A model generated the notes under the pieces. That model was given only the letters and a program-made list of their open reading frames with translations, searched no databases and had not been told where the DNA came from. From Aphanothece sp. CMT-3BRIN-NPC111 (GTDB lineage: Bacteria; Cyanobacteriota; Cyanobacteriia; Cyanobacteriales; JAHHGU01): a stretch of 64,000 bases of DNA. The DNA is taken from NCBI GenBank assembly GCA_019359765.1, contig JAHHGU010000008.1:23929-87928 (forward strand), given 5' to 3'. Shown one piece after another: positions 1 to 10,080 of this stretch (positions are counted from its first letter, which is position 1; each line of letters starts with the position of its first letter). The position numbers and the translations under genes are program-made.

Positions 1-328
1 GGCGGCTAGTGAGAGCAATAGTAATAATGTCGCCAGAGGCTCTATTGATACCATTCCTCAGGTCGCAGAGACGAAAAACTATCTCCAGCAGCGATGGAAA
101 CCGCCCCAAGGTTTAACACAGCCCTTGGAATACACTCTGCTAATCGGTGGGGATGGGGCAATTGAACGGATTATCCCGCGCACCCAGGCAGCGAAAAACT
201 ACATCGACCGCACAGGGATGCCTATAGTAGGTGAAAAGTTTGTTTCTCCCATAGAAGGAGGAGGCAATCCCCAAATCCGTGTAGTTCTCAACCCAGATGG
301 CAAGGTGGCGACGTTTGTAGAACAGTGA
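1..328 (+). CDS. C-terminal fragment of a hypothetical protein (ORF continues off the window start)
   Basis: Frame 2 is open from position 2 through the stop at 326-328, so the listed 67-aa ORF is only the tail of a longer gene; no family recognised. Confidence 0.4.
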   Translation, partial: AASESNSNNVARGSIDTIPQVAETKNYLQQRWKPPQGLTQPLEYTLLIGGDGAIERIIPRTQAAKNYIDRTGMPIVGEKFVSPIEGGGNPQIRVVLNPDGKVATFVEQ

Positions 329-517
329 ACTCCATAGTCTTAATCTGTTCTTAGTTCACTTTTACCAGGGCGCGAAGTAGCTTGGAGAAGCTACTGCCAC
401 TTTCAGCATCCAATTTAAAAACTGTCCACCAAAGCTATACCTTCGGTGGATGTAAATTTAATATCAAAAAAAACACAAGCAGATCTAGCAATAAATTTCA
501 GATCAACTGGAGGCTCT

Positions 518-796
518 ATGCAGCAAATCGGTCCTCAAAGAGACAGCGCAGCTTGGATTTTCCAAACTTGGGCTGCTTTTGTTCTGTCTATTGGTATGAC
601 TACTGCGGGTATTGTTAACCTGCCTGTGGATGCATGGATAAAAGGCTTCATGGGTATGGGTTTAACTTTCTCAGTTGGCTCTACTTTTACTTTGGCTAAA
701 ACCCAAAGAGATCTTCATGAAGCAAAAAGACTTGCTTCTAGGATTGATGAGGCTAAAGTCGAGCAGTTGTTGACGCAACACCATCCCCTAAAATAA
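518..796 (+). CDS. small two-helix membrane protein (YiaA/B-like), hypothetical
   Basis: GGAGG sits 6 nt upstream of the internal ATG at 518 (MQQIGPQ...); two hydrophobic helices; the longer 446 start lacks an RBS. Confidence 0.4.
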   Translation: MQQIGPQRDSAAWIFQTWAAFVLSIGMTTAGIVNLPVDAWIKGFMGMGLTFSVGSTFTLAKTQRDLHEAKRLASRIDEAKVEQLLTQHHPLK

Positions 797-906
797 GTAG
801 CTCCAATAAAACGTAAAGCAGGGGGAGCAGGGGAGGCAGGGGAAGTTCACGCATTCTCATATTTAGTTTAATTAGGTTGGTCTACTTAGGACATTAGAGA
901 ATTCAA

Positions 907-940
907 TAAAAAAGGGCTGGTTAGTACAGCCCCTTTTATA
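907..940. terminator. bidirectional rho-independent terminator hairpin
   Basis: aaaaGGGCTGgttagtaCAGCCCctttt: 6-bp GC stem flanked by an A-run and a T-run, placed between convergent genes ending at 796 and 999. Confidence 0.5.
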
Positions 941-998
941 TATTCATTTCAACTACTTAACCGTAAACATTGCTAGTAGGTATGAGGTATACCCTTCC

Positions 999-1448
999 CT
1001 ATTGCTGCTGTTTTTTGAGCTTCTTGCGACGCCGATTGGCAGTAACAATAGCATGATCGACGGGATATCCGACAACTGGAATCACCTGATACTGCCGTTC
1101 CTCTTCTACCTTTTTTAACTCGGTGTAATCCATCCAGTGGATACAATCAACTGGGCAAGTATCAATCGCTTCTTGGATCAACTCTTCCGAGTCTCCATCT
1201 TGCCGAACTACACGCGATCGCCCGTAGTCCGGCTCAATATAAAAGGTATTCCTGGCAACATGGGCGCAGTGTTTACAGCCAATACAGGTGATTTCATCAA
1301 CATATACGCCCTTCTGCCGTAGCGCGCCACCCAATTCCGGTTCCAGACCAGAACGCTCTGGGGCATCCCGCAAAAAGCCACCTAGCTCTGGTTCCAGACC
1401 AGAACGCTCAGGAATTGGCTCTATCGGCGGTGGCGAAAAGGCAGACAT
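999..1448 (-). CDS. ferredoxin-like protein with 4Fe-4S binding domain
   Basis: CIGCKHC...DTCPVDC cysteine pattern; N-terminus carries a direct 12-aa repeat PERSGLEPELGG x2; start overlaps the upstream stop (TAATG). Confidence 0.65.
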   Translation of the reverse strand: MSAFSPPPIEPIPERSGLEPELGGFLRDAPERSGLEPELGGALRQKGVYVDEITCIGCKHCAHVARNTFYIEPDYGRSRVVRQDGDSEELIQEAIDTCPVDCIHWMDYTELKKVEEERQYQVIPVVGYPVDHAIVTANRRRKKLKKQQQ

Positions 1449-1834
1449 TAGGCGCTCCAGCGTTGCAGAACTAGACGAATTGAACCATCCTCATTCTTTT
1501 GTTGCTCAGCAATTTCAAACCCTTGCTTAGATGTCTCACTCAAAACTGTTTGGTAAGCATAACGCTGTGTCACCTTGTTCAGAAAACGATCCACAGACCA
1601 AGCTTGCTGCCAAAACTGCAAATCGGCAACTAGTTCGTATTCCTGACCATTCGAGCTAAAGCCAATATCGTAACCGTTGTTTTGTTCAATAACAACTTCG
1701 GCATTACGGGTCTGACCGCGATAGCCTCGCACCGCTTGTGGGCCCGGTTTCCAGTCTATTCCCAGGTCTGTTAAAGCAGCTTGTAAAGAAGCAAGGTTAC
1801 GGATCTGAGTTTTGATGTTGCTAAAGTGTGACAT
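1448..1834 (-). CDS. DUF1257 family protein (Ycf35-like)
   Basis: About 128 aa beginning MSHFS.IKTQIRNL..LTDLGIDW, which matches my memory of cyanobacterial/plastid ycf35-type proteins; translationally coupled to the ferredoxin gene. Confidence 0.5.
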   Translation of the reverse strand: MSHFSNIKTQIRNLASLQAALTDLGIDWKPGPQAVRGYRGQTRNAEVVIEQNNGYDIGFSSNGQEYELVADLQFWQQAWSVDRFLNKVTQRYAYQTVLSETSKQGFEIAEQQKNEDGSIRLVLQRWSA

Positions 1835-1878
1835 AGCTATTTTTCAAAGGTTGAATGAGGATAGACTAAACAAAAAAA

Positions 1879-2094
1879 CTACCACTCGCTATAGGTTGCT
1901 TGGGTTGTTGCTGCCGCCGTTTGATCGATGACTTGGGAAAAATATTCAGAAGTCTGCTCTTGATGGAGTACATGACCAAGCTGGGCTTCAATAGCAGCAG
2001 TCACTTCGGCGCAGGATATGCCAATGATGCCGGTCACTTTCTCCTGTACCCTACCATCGGGATAAATGACAAACTCTAATGTTTCCATGCTCAT
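1879..2094 (-). CDS. DUF2997 family small protein
   Basis: 71-aa protein directly upstream of the DUF1257 gene, a pairing I recall as conserved in cyanobacteria. Confidence 0.45.
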   Translation of the reverse strand: MSMETLEFVIYPDGRVQEKVTGIIGISCAEVTAAIEAQLGHVLHQEQTSEYFSQVIDQTAAATTQATYSEW

Positions 2095-2440
2095 GGCTTC
2101 GGGAGTCCTTGATTAACGGCTACAGCAACAACGGCACTGCCGGGGCTGGGGTCTCAGGCAGGTCTTAAACGAGTGGCTGACTCACAAGGTACTAAATTAA
2201 TTTTTATCAATTGAGTCACAGCGAGTCAAAACTTAACAAAACTTATTAATCAAGTAAGTAGTACATTGATTATTTGTCAGTGTGGCTTAAGTTTACATCT
2301 GCGTCAAGATAGAGAATTGTTCCAAAAATGGGCTGTAAAAACGAAAACACCTCTTGATCCCAGGGCTAGCTCGTTTTATTACCGCATGATGACAATCAAC
2401 CGTGATAATTAAATTTGGTGGCAATTGAGTTAACAGAATA

Positions 2441-3466
2441 ATGAGTGCAGAGCAAGTTAAAGGTTTAATCAACTCATCAGCGATCGCGCCTGTGCGTGTA
2501 GGTATTTTGGGATTCGGTGGACTGGGGCAGGCTGCCGCTAAAGTTATTGCACCAAAACGCGAAATGGTATGGGTTGCAGCCGCTGACCAGAAAGGCTATG
2601 CCTATAATGCTGAAGGGTTAGATCCAGATGCCTGCATTGCTACCTATCAGTCTCTAGGTTCTTTAGGATATTTAGAGCCATCTGGCATTCTCAGCAATCG
2701 CAGTATCCAAGACTTAATTGGGCAGGCCTCTGTGGATGGGTATTTCCTCGCTCTTCCGAATCTACCGAACACATTTATGGCTTCTGTAGTGCGGCAATTT
2801 ATCCAATCAGGTTGGCGAGGGGTTCTGGTGGATGCCCTCAAACGCACTTCCGCAGTCGAGCAGATGTTGGCACTGAAAGATGAGCTACAAAATGCTGGTA
2901 TTACCTATATGGCGGGCTGTGGCGCTACACCAGGGCTGTTAACAGCAGCAGCAGCAATAGCTGCTCAAAGCTATGCAGAAGTTCATAGTGTCAAGATTAC
3001 CTTCGGAGTCGGTATTGCCAACTGGGAAGCCTATCGGGCGACTATTAGGGAGGATATTGGCCATCTACCAGGGTATGACGTGGAACGAGCCAGAGCCATG
3101 AGTGATGCCGAGGTGGAAGCTTTGCTCGATGAAACCAACGGCATCCTTACCCTGGAGAACATGGAACACGCTGATGATGTGATGCTAGAGCTAGCTGGGA
3201 TTTGCTCGCGCGATCGCGTTACTGTTGGTGGCGTCGTGGATACCCGCAATCCCAAGAAGCCTCTCAGCACTAATGTCCAGGTTACTGGTCGCACCTTCGA
3301 GGGCAAGATTTCCACCCATACATTTACCTTGGGTGATGAAACCAGCATGGCGGCAAATGTCTGCGGTCCCGCCTTCGGCTATCTCAAAGCTGGAGCGTCA
3401 TTGCACCGACGAGGAATTTACGGTCTATTTACGGCCGCAGAAGTCATGCCCCAGTTTGTTCAGTAA
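2441..3466 (+). CDS. NAD(P)-binding Rossmann-fold oxidoreductase (saccharopine dehydrogenase-like)
   Basis: N-terminal [14 protein letters not shown] dinucleotide-binding motif; 341 aa; family assignment is tentative. Confidence 0.45.
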   Translation: MSAEQVKGLINSSAIAPVRVGILGFGGLGQAAAKVIAPKREMVWVAAADQKGYAYNAEGLDPDACIATYQSLGSLGYLEPSGILSNRSIQDLIGQASVDGYFLALPNLPNTFMASVVRQFIQSGWRGVLVDALKRTSAVEQMLALKDELQNAGITYMAGCGATPGLLTAAAAIAAQSYAEVHSVKITFGVGIANWEAYRATIREDIGHLPGYDVERARAMSDAEVEALLDETNGILTLENMEHADDVMLELAGICSRDRVTVGGVVDTRNPKKPLSTNVQVTGRTFEGKISTHTFTLGDETSMAANVCGPAFGYLKAGASLHRRGIYGLFTAAEVMPQFVQ

Positions 3467-3497
3467 CCGGAAGGTGAAAAGAATTTTCAACCTTCTT

Positions 3498-4094
3498 TTA
3501 AAGGTTCGGGCTTTCTGGTAACACAGTCTGAGGCATCTCCTCAACCAACTGTACTGACTTGTGGATAATAAAAGGCAAACAGCCTCCCGTTAAGCCTCGC
3601 TTAATCCGTTCCGGCGTTGCTTCAAAGACAACGAACAGGGGATAAATCCGATTAGTTCCCTCGCTGAAAATGTGTTTATGAGCGGGAGGCATCAGCCATT
3701 CATAATCTTTGTCTAGCAATACCTGCGTCTGCCGCCACCGACTCAGCAAATGGGAGAAGTCTTCTTCGGGGCGATGGATGAAGACAAAAATTTCCACCTC
3801 CATTTTAATTTTCCATTCTGGGTCGCACATCAAAATGGCGACATCGCAGGGCAGGCAAATAGCTTCTCCCCCAGATGCCACCTGTTTTGGACTCAGAGTA
3901 GGACTGCCTCCTTGGAGTTGACCATTGCGAATTCGTACTATGGGCAAAGGAATGACGATCAAGCTTTCATTAGATCGGCGCATACTGGGAATCATTTCCA
4001 GGTAGGGTCGGTGCTGCCTCAAAAGTGCGATCGCCGCCTGGTGGTTGCTGTACTCTGCTAGCAACACTTCGTACTCAAATTGCTTAACAGGCAT
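3498..4094 (-). CDS. hypothetical protein
   Basis: 198-aa ORF with coding-like composition; no recognisable motif. Confidence 0.35.
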   Translation of the reverse strand: MPVKQFEYEVLLAEYSNHQAAIALLRQHRPYLEMIPSMRRSNESLIVIPLPIVRIRNGQLQGGSPTLSPKQVASGGEAICLPCDVAILMCDPEWKIKMEVEIFVFIHRPEEDFSHLLSRWRQTQVLLDKDYEWLMPPAHKHIFSEGTNRIYPLFVVFEATPERIKRGLTGGCLPFIIHKSVQLVEEMPQTVLPESPNL

Positions 4095-4145
4095 TTTTAT
4101 ATTAGAAATTTTATACCTAATTGTGTTGCATTTAAAAAAGTCACT

Positions 4146-4215
4146 TTTTTGTTAGTAGTTAATAGCTAGTAGTTAGCGGTCTGACTTCCTACTAACTACT
4201 AACAACTAGCCACTA
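4146..4215. repeat. palindromic TAGTAGTTAG/CTAACTACT heptamer-repeat hairpin (terminator-like) downstream of pilC
   Basis: agtagttag...ctaactact inverted arms; stop codons in every frame; adjacent aaaaaagtcactttttt hairpin and T-run. Confidence 0.45.
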
Positions 4216-4222
4216 ACCACGT

Positions 4223-5449
4223 TTAGCCAATTTTGTCAAATATGGCAAACATGGGGAGATACATTGAGAGCAAAATCACACCAACCATTCCCGCTAACAC
4301 AACCATCATTATGGGTTCAATAACGCTAGTGAGTGCCTTCACTGCTTGCTCGACCTCATCTTCATAGAAATCGGCAACTTTCATGAGCATGGCATCTAGT
4401 TCACCAGTTTCTTCACCAATACTCATCATCTGAATAGCCAAAATTGGGAAAACTTGCTCTTTTTGTATGGCAAGACTGAGCATTCCACCTTGTTGAATTT
4501 CTCGCCTTGCTGCATCTATAGCGTTTGCAATTACCTGGTTGCCTGATGTATCTCGGACAATTTCCAAGGAGTTCAAAATCGGCACCCCGGAACGAGTCAA
4601 AGTTCCAAAAGTGCGGCAAAAACGAGCAACAGCTGATTTTTCATTCAAGTCACCCAATAGGGGCATTTTCAAGAAAAAGCGATCCATGGTGACACGACCC
4701 ATAGGCGTCTTGTAGTACTGCCTGTAGGCAAAGGAAGCAGCTATGACAAAAACGATGGGAATAATAATTCTCCAACTTCTGAGTATTTCGCTAAGAAACA
4801 GCATAAACTGTGTCAGCGCTGGCAACTCTCCACCAAGACCCTGAAAAATACCAGCAAAGACTGGTATTAAAAATATCGTCATAGCCAGAAAGACAATTAT
4901 TGCTAAAATACCAACGGCGACCGGATAGGCCATAGCTCCTTTAATTTGGTTTTGCAGCCGTGCCGTATCCTCAAGTACCTTAGCTAATCGGTTCAAGACC
5001 TCATCAAGGACACCTCCAACCTCACCTGCCTGTACCATACTGACGTATAGATTGTCAAAACAGTCAGGATGTTTCCGCATGGCATCGGAAAGATTTGTTC
5101 CCTGTTGTACCTCGGCACTAATTTCCAAAAGAGCCTTTTTTAGCTTGGGATTGGAACATTGTTCAGATAAGACACCCAAGCACCTCACCATAGCCACACC
5201 CGCGTTGACCATGGCAGCAAATTGACGAGAAAAGACAGCTTTATCCTTGACTTTTACCTTTGCTAAAGCAATATTGATTTCGTTTAAATCAAAGCTACCA
5301 AGGTTAAAGCTTGCTGATTCTTTGAGGTTTTGGACGGAAGTATATCTCTGACGCAAAGCATCACGGGCACGACCAAGGGAGTCAGCAACTATCTTTTCTT
5401 TTTTAGCTTTTCCTTGAGAATCCCGAACATCAGCAGTGTAAGTAGGCAT
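4223..5449 (-). CDS. pilC: type IV pilus assembly inner-membrane platform protein PilC (GspF family)
   Basis: 408 aa with N-terminal MPTYTA...; two GspF-type repeats with hydrophobic segments; lies downstream of pilB-pilT. Confidence 0.85.
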   Translation of the reverse strand: MPTYTADVRDSQGKAKKEKIVADSLGRARDALRQRYTSVQNLKESASFNLGSFDLNEINIALAKVKVKDKAVFSRQFAAMVNAGVAMVRCLGVLSEQCSNPKLKKALLEISAEVQQGTNLSDAMRKHPDCFDNLYVSMVQAGEVGGVLDEVLNRLAKVLEDTARLQNQIKGAMAYPVAVGILAIIVFLAMTIFLIPVFAGIFQGLGGELPALTQFMLFLSEILRSWRIIIPIVFVIAASFAYRQYYKTPMGRVTMDRFFLKMPLLGDLNEKSAVARFCRTFGTLTRSGVPILNSLEIVRDTSGNQVIANAIDAARREIQQGGMLSLAIQKEQVFPILAIQMMSIGEETGELDAMLMKVADFYEDEVEQAVKALTSVIEPIMMVVLAGMVGVILLSMYLPMFAIFDKIG

Positions 5450-5459
5450 GGCTCATACC

Positions 5460-5499
5460 GATTTTGGATTTTAAGTTTTAGATTTTGGATTTTGGATTG
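5460..5499. repeat. STRR heptamer array (GATTTTG family)
   Basis: gattttggattttaagttttagattttggattttggattg in the pilT-pilC intergenic region. Confidence 0.7.
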
Positions 5500-5757
5500 T
5501 CAAATGCAAGCATTCAGGTATTTTCAGCCCAGTGAGATTTAGCTTACAAAGATAGAACTTCTATCACCTACTAAAAAAGAAACAGGAAGATAAAATTATT
5601 TTTTCTAGGGGCGGTAGGAATGCCATATCTACAAGGAGTAATGAAGCCGCTTGCCGTCGTTAGTGTGGGCGTAGCGGCGTAGGTAGTTGAAAGTATGCAC
5701 AACTAACTGAATCTCTGCCCCTTGTGGGCAGAGTAATCAATGCCTGCCTTTTTACTT

Positions 5758-6867
5758 CTACCGGGCACCAGCCTTAGCCGCCATTGGCGCACCACCGATG
5801 AGACGCTGTAGCTCGTCGGGTTTGGAACTCTTGCTCATCGCCGCCTCAAAAGATATTAGACCAGATTTGACCATGTTACTTAAAGTCATTTCCATAGTCT
5901 GCATTCCCAATTTAAGCCCAGTCTGAATAGCACCGTAAATTTGAGGCGTTTTTCCTTCTCGAATCAAGTTAGCAATGGCGGGTGTTACGATCATAATTTC
6001 CTGAGCCATTACCCGACCATATTCACCTGGTTTGGGGTTTTTCTTAGGTATCAGGCATTGACTAAAGACTGCTACCAGGGAATTGGATAGCTGTGCTCGG
6101 ATTTGCGGCTGTTGAATTGGGGGAAACGCATCTAGCATCCGGTCAATTGTCTGAGCCGCGGAGTTAGTATGTAAGGTTCCAAATACCAAGTGACCTGTTT
6201 CAGCTGCTGAAATCGCCAGCCCAATCGTCTCCAGGTCGCGCATTTCTCCCACCAAGATTACATCTGGGTCTTCCCGTAGCGCCGCCCTGAGGGCATTAGC
6301 AAAGCTTTTAGTATCTTCGCCCTTTTGACGTTGGTGAATCAAACTCTTGACGTTCGGAAAAACATACTCAATCGGGTCTTCCACCGTTAAAATGTGTTCC
6401 GCCCGCGTCCGGTTGATCAAGTCGAGCATGGCCGCCATAGTGGTAGTTTTGCCAGAACCAGTTTGCCCAGTTACTAACACCATCCCTCTAGGCCGATGAG
6501 TCATTTCTCGAACGATGTCTGGGAGGCCTAACATATCAAAGTTAGGAATTTTAGACGCCAACGCTCTTAAACAAGCCGCATAGTAACCGCGTTCTTTGTA
6601 AACATTGACGCGGAAGCGAGCCAAGCCTTTAACCCCATAAGAGCAATCAAGTTCCCAGTTCTGTTCCAAATCCTTGCGCTGCGTGTTGTTCAGCATGCTA
6701 AAGATAAGTTTTTGACAGTCTTGGGGTGTCAGTGGCTCCTCATTGATGGCAGCCAGCTTACCACTGATGCGGAAGTAGACCGGGGCCCCAGCCTGAATGT
6801 GCATATCTGAGCCACCCATCTCAATGAGTTGCTCCATCAAGTCTTCGATCATTAATTCCATAGCCAT
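5758..6867 (-). CDS. pilT: twitching motility ATPase PilT
   Basis: MELMIEDLMEQLIEMGGSDMH N-terminus; Walker A GQTGSGKTTT; about 369 aa; the start could be Met3. Confidence 0.9.
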   Translation of the reverse strand: MAMELMIEDLMEQLIEMGGSDMHIQAGAPVYFRISGKLAAINEEPLTPQDCQKLIFSMLNNTQRKDLEQNWELDCSYGVKGLARFRVNVYKERGYYAACLRALASKIPNFDMLGLPDIVREMTHRPRGMVLVTGQTGSGKTTTMAAMLDLINRTRAEHILTVEDPIEYVFPNVKSLIHQRQKGEDTKSFANALRAALREDPDVILVGEMRDLETIGLAISAAETGHLVFGTLHTNSAAQTIDRMLDAFPPIQQPQIRAQLSNSLVAVFSQCLIPKKNPKPGEYGRVMAQEIMIVTPAIANLIREGKTPQIYGAIQTGLKLGMQTMEMTLSNMVKSGLISFEAAMSKSSKPDELQRLIGGAPMAAKAGAR

Positions 6868-6999
6868 AGTGCTGTCTCCGTTAGGGATTATTGGTTGAAT
6901 ATACTTGTTAGCTTTTTAACTGAGTATTTTGCAGAGTTACGGGTGGGGAAGTGTTGATTTATAAAGATGTCTTCAATTCAAAACTGTTCACCCTAGCCT

Positions 7000-9006
7000 C
7001 TAGCCCTCAAAACGTCGCGTCATGCAATAGGGGCAGTCTAGCCACTCCGGTTTTAATTCCGCCTTGCAAGTACGACAAGTGAGAGAAGTCTTACGTTTGG
7101 CCTTGAGTTCGGCTTCTAGACCCGTATCAGTAAAAGTCACACGTTCTACTTCTTCTAGAGTAGTGTGACCCTCACGCACCAGGTTTAAGCTGTAAGCCAG
7201 CAACGTCGTCATGCCCTCTTGCACTGCTGTTTCTTTAATCAGAGCGGTAGAGGCACCTTGGTTAATTAAGGTTTGCAGCGCATCTGTTATACGCATGACT
7301 TCATAGACACCCACCCGACCCTTATAGCCGATGCCATTACATTTTTCGCACAGAGTATTATTGGCTTTGGCTTCCTGAACTTCCTCTGGTTGCAGGGTTT
7401 TGGCTTTGTAGAAGGTGACTACACCTTCACTAGCAGCAGATAGACCAAATCTGGCAAGTTCCTCGCGGCTGGGTGTATAGGCAATGCGGCACTCAGAACA
7501 AACCCGCCGCATCAAGCGTTGCGCTAAGACACCAATTAGGGCAGCAGAAACCATGAAGGGTTCCACACCCATTTCGTCTAACCGGGCAATTGAACCAGCA
7601 GCATCGTTGGTGTGCAGGGTTGTCATCACCAAGTGACCCGTCAATGCTGCTTCCATCGCCGTTTGTGCGGTTTCTTTATCCCGTGTCTCACCCACCAGAA
7701 TCACATCTGGGTCTTGCCGCATGAATGCCCGCAGAATTGAGGAAAAGTTCATGCCTTTTTCCCGAATTACCTGCACTTGAGTGATGCCCGGTAAGGCATA
7801 CTCAATCGGGTCTTCTGCTGTACTAATATTTACCCCAGGATCGTTGCGTTCAGCCAGAATCGAGTACAATGTTGTCGATTTCCCCGATCCTGTTGGCCCT
7901 GTCACTAAAATTAGTCCAAATGGACGACTGGCCATGTCTCGAACAATCTGTAGTGTTTCTGGATCGGAAATCAACTTATCCAAGCCTAACTGTGTGGAAG
8001 AGTTATCCAAGAGCCGCATCACGATCTTCTCACCGTAGCGGCTAGGAAGAGTATTGACGCGGAAATCCACCTTGCGCCCTTCATAAATGCGGCGGATGCG
8101 GCCATCTTGGGGCATCCTGCGTTCGGCAATATCCAGCTCGGCAATAATTTTGAAGCGGGCAGTTACTGCCTGAATAATTTTTTTCGGCAGGGGATCGAAC
8201 GCTTGCTGTAGTACCCCATCTTTGCGAAAGCGAATCCGCATAAATTCTTCTTGGGGTTCTATGTGAATGTCAGAAACCTTCTCGTGCAGAGCCTTTGCCA
8301 GGATTCTGTTAACCAGCGTGATGATTGGAGCTTCCTGCGCCCCATCTAGATCCAGTTCAGCATCAGTGTCCTCTGGTGCCTCCTTGAAATCGAGATTTTC
8401 AAAACCCGCAATATCGGACTGAACGTCAAAAGACTTTTGAGCTTTAGCGGCTGCCTCTTTTTTTACTTGCTCATCAAGGTATCTAGAAATCAGCTGCTGA
8501 TAATCTTCTGGGGCGATTACCATTCGCTGCCACCCAATTTCCTGAGGACGCAAAATCCTTTCCAAATCGTCCTTGGCGTGTAGATTATCAGGATCAACCA
8601 TAGCCACCAAGACCGATGGCGGCTGAGTTTCATTCTTCGATAGTGGTACTAGCCGATAACGACGACATATATCAATTGGGATGAGCGTGTCGATCAGGTG
8701 AGCCACCTGATGGAGGGGAATTTGATTAATCTCCGGATCTAGAGATTCAATGCCGTAAATAACCTTGAGTTCAAACAGCTGCTGTTTCTTGTACTGGCGC
8801 AACACCTCGGGAGGCAGAGCTTGCCCGGTTACGCTTTCCATAACCTCCGTCAGCGGTCTACCTGACTTGCGGCTTTTCTCTAGTGCCTGCTGCATCTGCT
8901 GCGTGTCGATGTAACCAGACTGAATCAGCTTGTTGCAGAAAGGCGAAAGATCAGTGCGGCCATTGCGGACGATGAGAGCGCGCCTGGATGATGAGGATTG
9001 AGTCAT
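7000..9006 (-). CDS. pilB: type IV pilus assembly ATPase PilB (GspE family)
   Basis: N-terminal GSPII domain; Walker A GPTGSGKSTT; C-terminal Cys4 zinc finger (CRTCKAELKPEWLDCPYC). Confidence 0.9.
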   Translation of the reverse strand: MTQSSSSRRALIVRNGRTDLSPFCNKLIQSGYIDTQQMQQALEKSRKSGRPLTEVMESVTGQALPPEVLRQYKKQQLFELKVIYGIESLDPEINQIPLHQVAHLIDTLIPIDICRRYRLVPLSKNETQPPSVLVAMVDPDNLHAKDDLERILRPQEIGWQRMVIAPEDYQQLISRYLDEQVKKEAAAKAQKSFDVQSDIAGFENLDFKEAPEDTDAELDLDGAQEAPIITLVNRILAKALHEKVSDIHIEPQEEFMRIRFRKDGVLQQAFDPLPKKIIQAVTARFKIIAELDIAERRMPQDGRIRRIYEGRKVDFRVNTLPSRYGEKIVMRLLDNSSTQLGLDKLISDPETLQIVRDMASRPFGLILVTGPTGSGKSTTLYSILAERNDPGVNISTAEDPIEYALPGITQVQVIREKGMNFSSILRAFMRQDPDVILVGETRDKETAQTAMEAALTGHLVMTTLHTNDAAGSIARLDEMGVEPFMVSAALIGVLAQRLMRRVCSECRIAYTPSREELARFGLSAASEGVVTFYKAKTLQPEEVQEAKANNTLCEKCNGIGYKGRVGVYEVMRITDALQTLINQGASTALIKETAVQEGMTTLLAYSLNLVREGHTTLEEVERVTFTDTGLEAELKAKRKTSLTCRTCKAELKPEWLDCPYCMTRRFEG

Positions 9007-10080
9007 AGCTGGTCAGAAGATATCCTTATAAAGTATTCCCAAAGCCTTTAGCAAAATTGCACTTTGGCTACAGACTTCAAGAGGCTATAGGCAAGCCGCT
9101 AGCAGACCGTTTCGGGCGTCTGATCTGTTGTGGCACCAATGAAAAAAATGAGGCACTAAACCTGCATATGCCCAGGCTGGTGAGGCATTGAATTATCTGT
9201 ACAAAAATGCTTCTGAGTTTCAAACACTCTCGGTCTGAGAGGTGGCAAAATTTTAGCCAAAGCCTAAGTATAGAGAACATTTACAGATAAGCAGGTAAGC
9301 GCGATATTGACAGCACTCTGTAAAAACGGCAGTTAGGGTAAAAGAGTAATTATCTTAAACTTAACCCCTTATCCTGAAAAAAAGTTTAGGTGGTTTAATT
9401 GAACCGACCTGGTTAGCTTTTAGAGAGATGCTGCCATGCCAACCGCTAAGAAGTATGGCGGAGGCTTCTCAATTCACCGGGAGGTCAAGACTTTACTCTC
9501 CCTTAGCGGCGGGTTAATTCCATAGACTATGCTACCCAGAATATATGCCAGGGAACCCGCGAACAAAGCCTTAAGGCCTTATCACCTTGGGAAACATACA
9601 AAAATGCTCGTCAACCCTTATTACCTAGAAAGTTTTACGCTCCTTTGGTAGCGGCAGCGAATGCCTATCGTTAGATGAAACCCCTACTTGAAAAGCGGGT
9701 TCGGTTCTTTTAATGACTAGCATTTTGAGCTTAGTCAATGTAGTTATTATATCACGCACCCTTACCAGAGAGGTAGGGACAATCTAGCAACAGCAAATGT
9801 TACATTTAAATTAGAGAAGTAAACATTTGTCAAAATTTCAGGGCTTTACTAGGCGTAGGGCTTAAGACTGTACGAGCAAAAATGCTACCAGCATTTTGCC
9901 TGGGCACACTATGATTCTAGGAAGTAGCAATCCCTAACCCGATGCGCTTGCCCACCCTTTGGTTAAGGCTAGAACTTGCCAACATATTAGTCATTAGTCA
10001 GGGATAGTCGCGCTAGTAGGTAAAGATAGATAAACGAGATCGCCATTTCTAAGCAGTCTCTCAACTGGGATGAGTACACC

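Noticed and set aside
382-618. 78-aa ORF overlapping the 518-796 gene in another frame
   Set aside because: No RBS; overlaps a better-supported gene; composition looks noncoding.
1137-1530. Plus-strand ORFs 1137-1322 and 1288-1530, antisense to the ferredoxin and DUF1257 genes
   Set aside because: Antisense shadows of genes that have recognisable domains.
2647-3521. ORFs 2647-2847, 3031-3348 and 3225-3521, within or antisense to the Rossmann oxidoreductase gene
   Set aside because: Out-of-frame or antisense shadow ORFs with Arg/Ser-rich low-complexity translations.
3709-4061. Plus-strand ORFs antisense to the 3498-4094 gene
   Set aside because: Shadow ORFs; the minus-strand ORF is longer and uninterrupted.
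7781-8038. 85-aa ORF antisense to pilB
   Set aside because: Embedded in the strongly supported pilB gene.
9007-10080. CIRCE (HrcA) operator upstream of grpE-dnaK
   Set aside because: No TTAGCACTC-N9-GAGTGCTAA-like inverted repeat is present.
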